Under the pieces are notes generated by a model. That model made no database searches, had not been told where the DNA came from, and saw nothing but the letters and a program-made list of their open reading frames with translations. Both the position numbers and the translations under genes were made by a program. A stretch of 64,000 nt of DNA from Candidatus Bathyarchaeota archaeon (GTDB lineage: Archaea > Thermoproteota > Bathyarchaeia > Bathyarchaeales > Bathycorpusculaceae): NCBI GenBank assembly GCA_963733095.1, contig CAVTBV010000012.1, positions 384,001 through 448,000 on the forward strand, in the 5' to 3' direction. Positions 60,066 through 64,000 of this stretch are shown here, piece by piece; position 1 is the first letter of the stretch, and the number at the start of each line of letters is the position of its first letter.

Positions 60066-60962
60066 GTCCTTGGCATACGGTAATCCCGCGCGGGCTCCCA
60101 TAGTTATGACGCTTCTGGAAGCTACAAAATTGCCCAACTGCCCGCACTCATATAGGCTTTTTTCGTGGATTAAACCGTAGAGGAAGCCAGCGCAGAAAGC
60201 ATCTCCCGCTCCGGTTGTATCGACTACTTTTACTTTGAAGGATTCCACAGTTAGTCTTTCTTGGCCGTCTGTAACATAGCAGCCTTTGCCGCCAAGTTTC
60301 ACCGCTACAATTTTGACCCCCATAGCAATCATATAGTCGGCACCTTTGCGGTAGTCTTCTTCGCCAGTTAATTGTTCAAGTTCGACGGCGTTTGGCATAA
60401 AAACATATGAATTTCGAATTATCGGTTCAATTATCGCAAAGCCTTTCTGTGCATACAATGAGCCTGGATCAAAACTGATTTTCACGCCGTCAGGCAAGGC
60501 GCTTAAGAGCTTTTTTTGTGCACGAAAAGATTTCTCACCCACAAAAGAAGACAGGTGCAGAAATTTAGTTTGAGAAACGTATTCCCATTTTATTTCTCTG
60601 GGCTCGACTTGGTCGTTGACGCCTGAGTTTATGTAGAGGGCTCTTGCACCTTTTCGGTCTACAAAACCCATCACCGAACCGCTCCTGCCTTTGGTTGCCT
60701 CAACTATGCCGTTGGTATCGACGCCTTCGGTTTTGAAGCAGTCGAGTTGCATTTTTCCTTCTCTGTCGTTGGCGACTTTTCCTATAAAGCCCACTTTACA
60801 GCCGAGCCTAGCCAACCCAACAATCGCGTTGGCGGCGGAGCCTCCGCAGGCTTCCTTGTAATCTTCGATGAAGCTTTCTTCTTCTGCAGTTGCAAGCTTG
60901 TCTACTTTAAAGAGCATATCAACGTTGAGTGCTCCAAACCCTATAACATCAAATTTTGTCAT
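60048..60962 (-). CDS. PfkB family carbohydrate/nucleoside kinase
   Basis: GGSAAN and DTTGAGDAF. Confidence 0.92.
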   Translation of the reverse strand: MTKFDVIGFGALNVDMLFKVDKLATAEEESFIEDYKEACGGSAANAIVGLARLGCKVGFIGKVANDREGKMQLDCFKTEGVDTNGIVEATKGRSGSVMGFVDRKGARALYINSGVNDQVEPREIKWEYVSQTKFLHLSSFVGEKSFRAQKKLLSALPDGVKISFDPGSLYAQKGFAIIEPIIRNSYVFMPNAVELEQLTGEEDYRKGADYMIAMGVKIVAVKLGGKGCYVTDGQERLTVESFKVKVVDTTGAGDAFCAGFLYGLIHEKSLYECGQLGNFVASRSVITMGARAGLPYAKDLAFLG

Positions 60963-61867
60963 ACAAACAACTCTTTTAATGGGATTTTGTGTTCACCTAG
61001 TTTGCCGCCATAGTTGCCAGCAGAAACCTTCACAATGCCATCTATGTCTAAAATGGCTTTGATTCCTGTTTTGGTGGCTTCTTTAACAGCGTCTAAAGAA
61101 ATACCGTCGAAAACGATTTCGGCGATGTATCCGACGCCTTCTGGAACCTTAGATTCATTGCCTAATCGGGATTTAAGCGAGGGACAATAAAGGTAGTTTG
61201 TTGTGGGACCTATTTTAGGAAAATGTGTTTCTGGCTTGGACCCAGCTGAACAAATGTCAAAGGTTGTTACCACGCCATGCACCTTGTGAATTGCCCGTAA
61301 TGCTTTGGCGCCCGCCTCGTTAAGTGCTTGCTTTGATGTACACATTATCCAAAAGTTGCCGCCCATAACACCCTTAGCGTAACCCAGATAGCGTTCAATG
61401 ACGAAGTCTGGAACCATCAACGGCACAACAATGACGTCTCTACCAAACCTTTTTTCAACCCATTCATACCCATCGCCGCAGTGCCCCACGCTCTCCATCA
61501 TGTCTAGTTTGCCCTCAGCTCTCGGTAAAGCATCGAAAACGGCGGTGAAGGGTTTAACGAGTATGTCTTGGCGAATACGGTAAGAGAGTTCTGTTTCGAA
61601 TTTTTTTAGTGATTCGGCAAAGCTTTTTTTTGGGTTGATTTCTCCCCAGAACTGCAAGATGGCGCCCACCCGTTTGTCTGGGGTTTCGTTTGGGGTTAAG
61701 TATTTTTCAACTCCGCCCTCAGTTCTGCCAATGACAACGGATGGCGTTGCGGTGGAGTCTTCGGCTGCCTTACGGAGGGTCTGCTCATCGTCGGCAGTAA
61801 CGATTACTCGACAATAAATCCCCGTAAACGCTTCAGCGTAGGTATCTTCAATTTGTGCTTTACCCAT
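60959..61867 (-). CDS. ftr: Formylmethanofuran--H4MPT N-formyltransferase family protein
   Basis: [32 protein letters not shown] and [10 protein letters not shown]. Confidence 0.92.
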   Translation of the reverse strand: MGKAQIEDTYAEAFTGIYCRVIVTADDEQTLRKAAEDSTATPSVVIGRTEGGVEKYLTPNETPDKRVGAILQFWGEINPKKSFAESLKKFETELSYRIRQDILVKPFTAVFDALPRAEGKLDMMESVGHCGDGYEWVEKRFGRDVIVVPLMVPDFVIERYLGYAKGVMGGNFWIMCTSKQALNEAGAKALRAIHKVHGVVTTFDICSAGSKPETHFPKIGPTTNYLYCPSLKSRLGNESKVPEGVGYIAEIVFDGISLDAVKEATKTGIKAILDIDGIVKVSAGNYGGKLGEHKIPLKELFV

Positions 61868-62950
61868 TTAACCAAGTCTCCCGACAGCTACTCCGCGAAC
61901 CTTCTTCCTAAACGCACTGCTCTCTTTTATGAGTAATTCCATATTTTTGGCTGTAACTATTTGAACTTTGAGCAAGGAATCAGAGTTTGTTGGAGAGAAT
62001 TGTTTTAGCAGAGTCTCGGCAACATTGTTTTTCTTGAGGGATTCATAGTTCCATGAGCCAAGGGCTTTTAGGGTTTGTTCTTTTCCTAACTTGCAGAACA
62101 AGTCAGCTATTGCGGCGGTGACAAGGTTACTTTCAGATAGAACAGCCACTTCAGCTTCCCTCACTGCATAATTGTTACCGTTAAAAGATACAGTTAAGCC
62201 TCCGTTGTCTCGAACCAGTTTGAAGGCTTCCACATCAGTTATGCTGTCGCCCATATACATCACATCACCCATTTCTAAACCTAAGCGTTCCACTACATCT
62301 TGAATGGCTTCAGCTTTCTGTTCCCCACCAACGGTTACAACATCCGTGAGGAACTTGCCCACGAACATCTTGGGAATTAAGCTCCAGAAAATCTCATCCA
62401 GTCGCTGAATTATGGCTTGGTCGCGGCTTGAAAAATCCTCAATGGTTTTTGCATTTGAGGGAATTTCTATTAAGGGCATTTGTGCGATTTCTTGCGCTAT
62501 CTCTCTCAGGTGCTCTTTCTCTTGGGGGGTTATGGGGCATTTGTCGAGTCTTACTTTGGTACAGTAGGTGTTTTTGTATGGGAAATCGACTGCTCTGCAG
62601 AAGGCTTTTATGTAGTGTTCGTAGCTGGTGCTGACGATGAAAGAGTCAGCTATGGCTTGCACATGGTGGAGTGTGGCTTGGCTGTTGGCGATTAGAACGA
62701 TGTTTTTGGCTGAGAAGTCTTCAATTTGGCTGTCAGTCATGCTATAGGCTTTGAAGAAGGGCAAAATCAACTTGAGCGTGCTGCCCGCGGAGTAACCAGG
62801 TTTCTTAAACGTATCTGCCAGTACATCATCGTAGAGGCTTATGTTTGTGAAGAATTTGTCTCCGTTTGGAATAAAGTTCTCTGCCAATTCGAAGGCGTTA
62901 TCGTTTTTGGATATGGGCCCTTCGCAGTCGGAGACGAAGACACGTTTCAA
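61868..62950 (-). CDS. COG4030/EhaR-like HAD-superfamily protein
   Basis: SDCEGPISKNDNA, STSY and GDSITD...SFNGN.YA. TTG start overlaps the purD stop. Confidence 0.8.
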   Translation of the reverse strand: MKRVFVSDCEGPISKNDNAFELAENFIPNGDKFFTNISLYDDVLADTFKKPGYSAGSTLKLILPFFKAYSMTDSQIEDFSAKNIVLIANSQATLHHVQAIADSFIVSTSYEHYIKAFCRAVDFPYKNTYCTKVRLDKCPITPQEKEHLREIAQEIAQMPLIEIPSNAKTIEDFSSRDQAIIQRLDEIFWSLIPKMFVGKFLTDVVTVGGEQKAEAIQDVVERLGLEMGDVMYMGDSITDVEAFKLVRDNGGLTVSFNGNNYAVREAEVAVLSESNLVTAAIADLFCKLGKEQTLKALGSWNYESLKKNNVAETLLKQFSPTNSDSLLKVQIVTAKNMELLIKESSAFRKKVRGVAVGRLG

Positions 62951-63999
62951 GACTTGCGCCTCAACTGATCCATATGGTTGATGCTTTTTTGGATGTGTTG
63001 TTTTGAGGCAACGTCGGTGCGGTTCCAAAGTGCACCGCCTGTTATGGCTTTGGCGGCTTCTTGGCTGATTTGGCGGGCTTCTTCGATGCTGTCGCCGATT
63101 CCGAGGATGCCGATGGCACGGGATTTGAGGGCATAGTTTTTGCCGTCGCGTAGTTCAATTGAGCCGGGGTAGAGGCGGATTTTGTCACCGTATTTTTTGG
63201 CTAACGCCTGTGCTTTTGTGAGGTCAACGGGTGTGTTGATTGTGGATTTGTCAACTTTGTTTGGGAACGTGTCGGCGTAACTGCCGTAGTCTGCGGGAAC
63301 TTTGTATGTTAAAACTGTCGCCGACTTCTCCATCATGACACCAGTTAGGTTGCCGTTCACCATGTTTAAGCAGACATCTACAAAGTCGTCTTTAACGATT
63401 GGAAGAAGGTTCATTATTTCTGGATCACCGGGGCGGCTGTTGATTTCGAGGATTTTAATGCCTTTGCCAGTATGCATAAACGCAAGGTATAATGGGACGC
63501 CTCGGAGAGCTGAGTCATCGCTGATTTTTGCTCTCCAACCCGCGAAAACCTTGTTGGCTAACGCAAGCTCCTGTTCCCGCTCTGCAGCGGTCAAAAACGG
63601 CAACCAATCAACAACATCCTTGTAAGAACCCATGCCCCCCGTGTTTGGACCATGGTCGTCGTCAAAAGCGCGTTTGTAATCGCGCGTGTCTGGAAGAGGA
63701 ATGAAATGTTTGCCGTCGCAGAAGCCCATGCAGCTGGATTCTTCACCGTCGATTTTTTCTTCTATAAGAACCGAGCCATACTTGAAGTTGGACAAGAAAT
63801 GTTCAAACAGCTGTTCACGGTTTGCAAAGTGGTCGCCCCAGACACCAACACCTTTTCCTAAGGCAGGCTTATCTGGTTTAACGACGGCTTGGTTGTTAAG
63901 TTCATCGAGCCATTGGTAAACAGCCTTCTGAACATCCTTGCCCTTGTAATCAGCGGGATGGAAAATCTTGAAGCGTGGGTTTGCTTCTGGAGCAATCTC
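62947..63999 (-). CDS. purD: Phosphoribosylamine--glycine ligase, 5' partial
   Basis: Frame is open to the window end; VVKPD..GKGV, IEEKIDGEE, DYKR, GPNTGGMG and EINSRPGDPE. Confidence 0.95.
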   Translation of the reverse strand, partial: EIAPEANPRFKIFHPADYKGKDVQKAVYQWLDELNNQAVVKPDKPALGKGVGVWGDHFANREQLFEHFLSNFKYGSVLIEEKIDGEESSCMGFCDGKHFIPLPDTRDYKRAFDDDHGPNTGGMGSYKDVVDWLPFLTAAEREQELALANKVFAGWRAKISDDSALRGVPLYLAFMHTGKGIKILEINSRPGDPEIMNLLPIVKDDFVDVCLNMVNGNLTGVMMEKSATVLTYKVPADYGSYADTFPNKVDKSTINTPVDLTKAQALAKKYGDKIRLYPGSIELRDGKNYALKSRAIGILGIGDSIEEARQISQEAAKAITGGALWNRTDVASKQHIQKSINHMDQLRRKS

Positions 64000-64000
64000 G

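Noticed and set aside
1-64000. CRISPR array, rRNA, transposase, selenocysteine or pyrrolysine recoding
   Set aside because: No regularly spaced repeats, rRNA-like tracts or transposase motifs were seen. In-frame stops occur only in genes that otherwise look decayed.

Overview
Archaeal chromosomal window of about 42-45% GC (estimated by eye). Gene content (TFB, Alba, L7Ae/S28e/L24e/L40e, Hel308, Ftr, MtrH, MtdA/B-type dehydrogenase, multi-PAS kinase, PEF-CTERM protein) suggests Bathyarchaeia, which is an inference. Housekeeping blocks are a complete DAP lysine operon (dapA-dapB-asd-lysA-dapF-dapL), ribosomal/transcription genes, aspS, purB, purM-S-L-Q and a partial purD. Accessory blocks cover cobamide and methyl transfer (cbiZ fusion, MtrH plus corrinoid protein, two B12 radical SAMs), surface glycosylation and several pseudogenes. 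There is also a tRNA-Gly(CCC) with a non-canonical 29/30 intron. Best novelty candidates: (1) an Fe-S/sulfur operon pairing an apparently PLP-dead IscS with IscU, an intact SufS and a small Cys protein; (2) an Ftr gene translationally coupled inside a purD operon, where a GAR transformylase would be expected; (3) two paralogous Cys-rich GHL10-like barrels lacking the usual catalytic acids, next to cbiZ; (4) an orphan TIR-like protein with Glu-to-Gln at the presumed catalytic site. All family calls come from motif recognition by eye, with no database searches.
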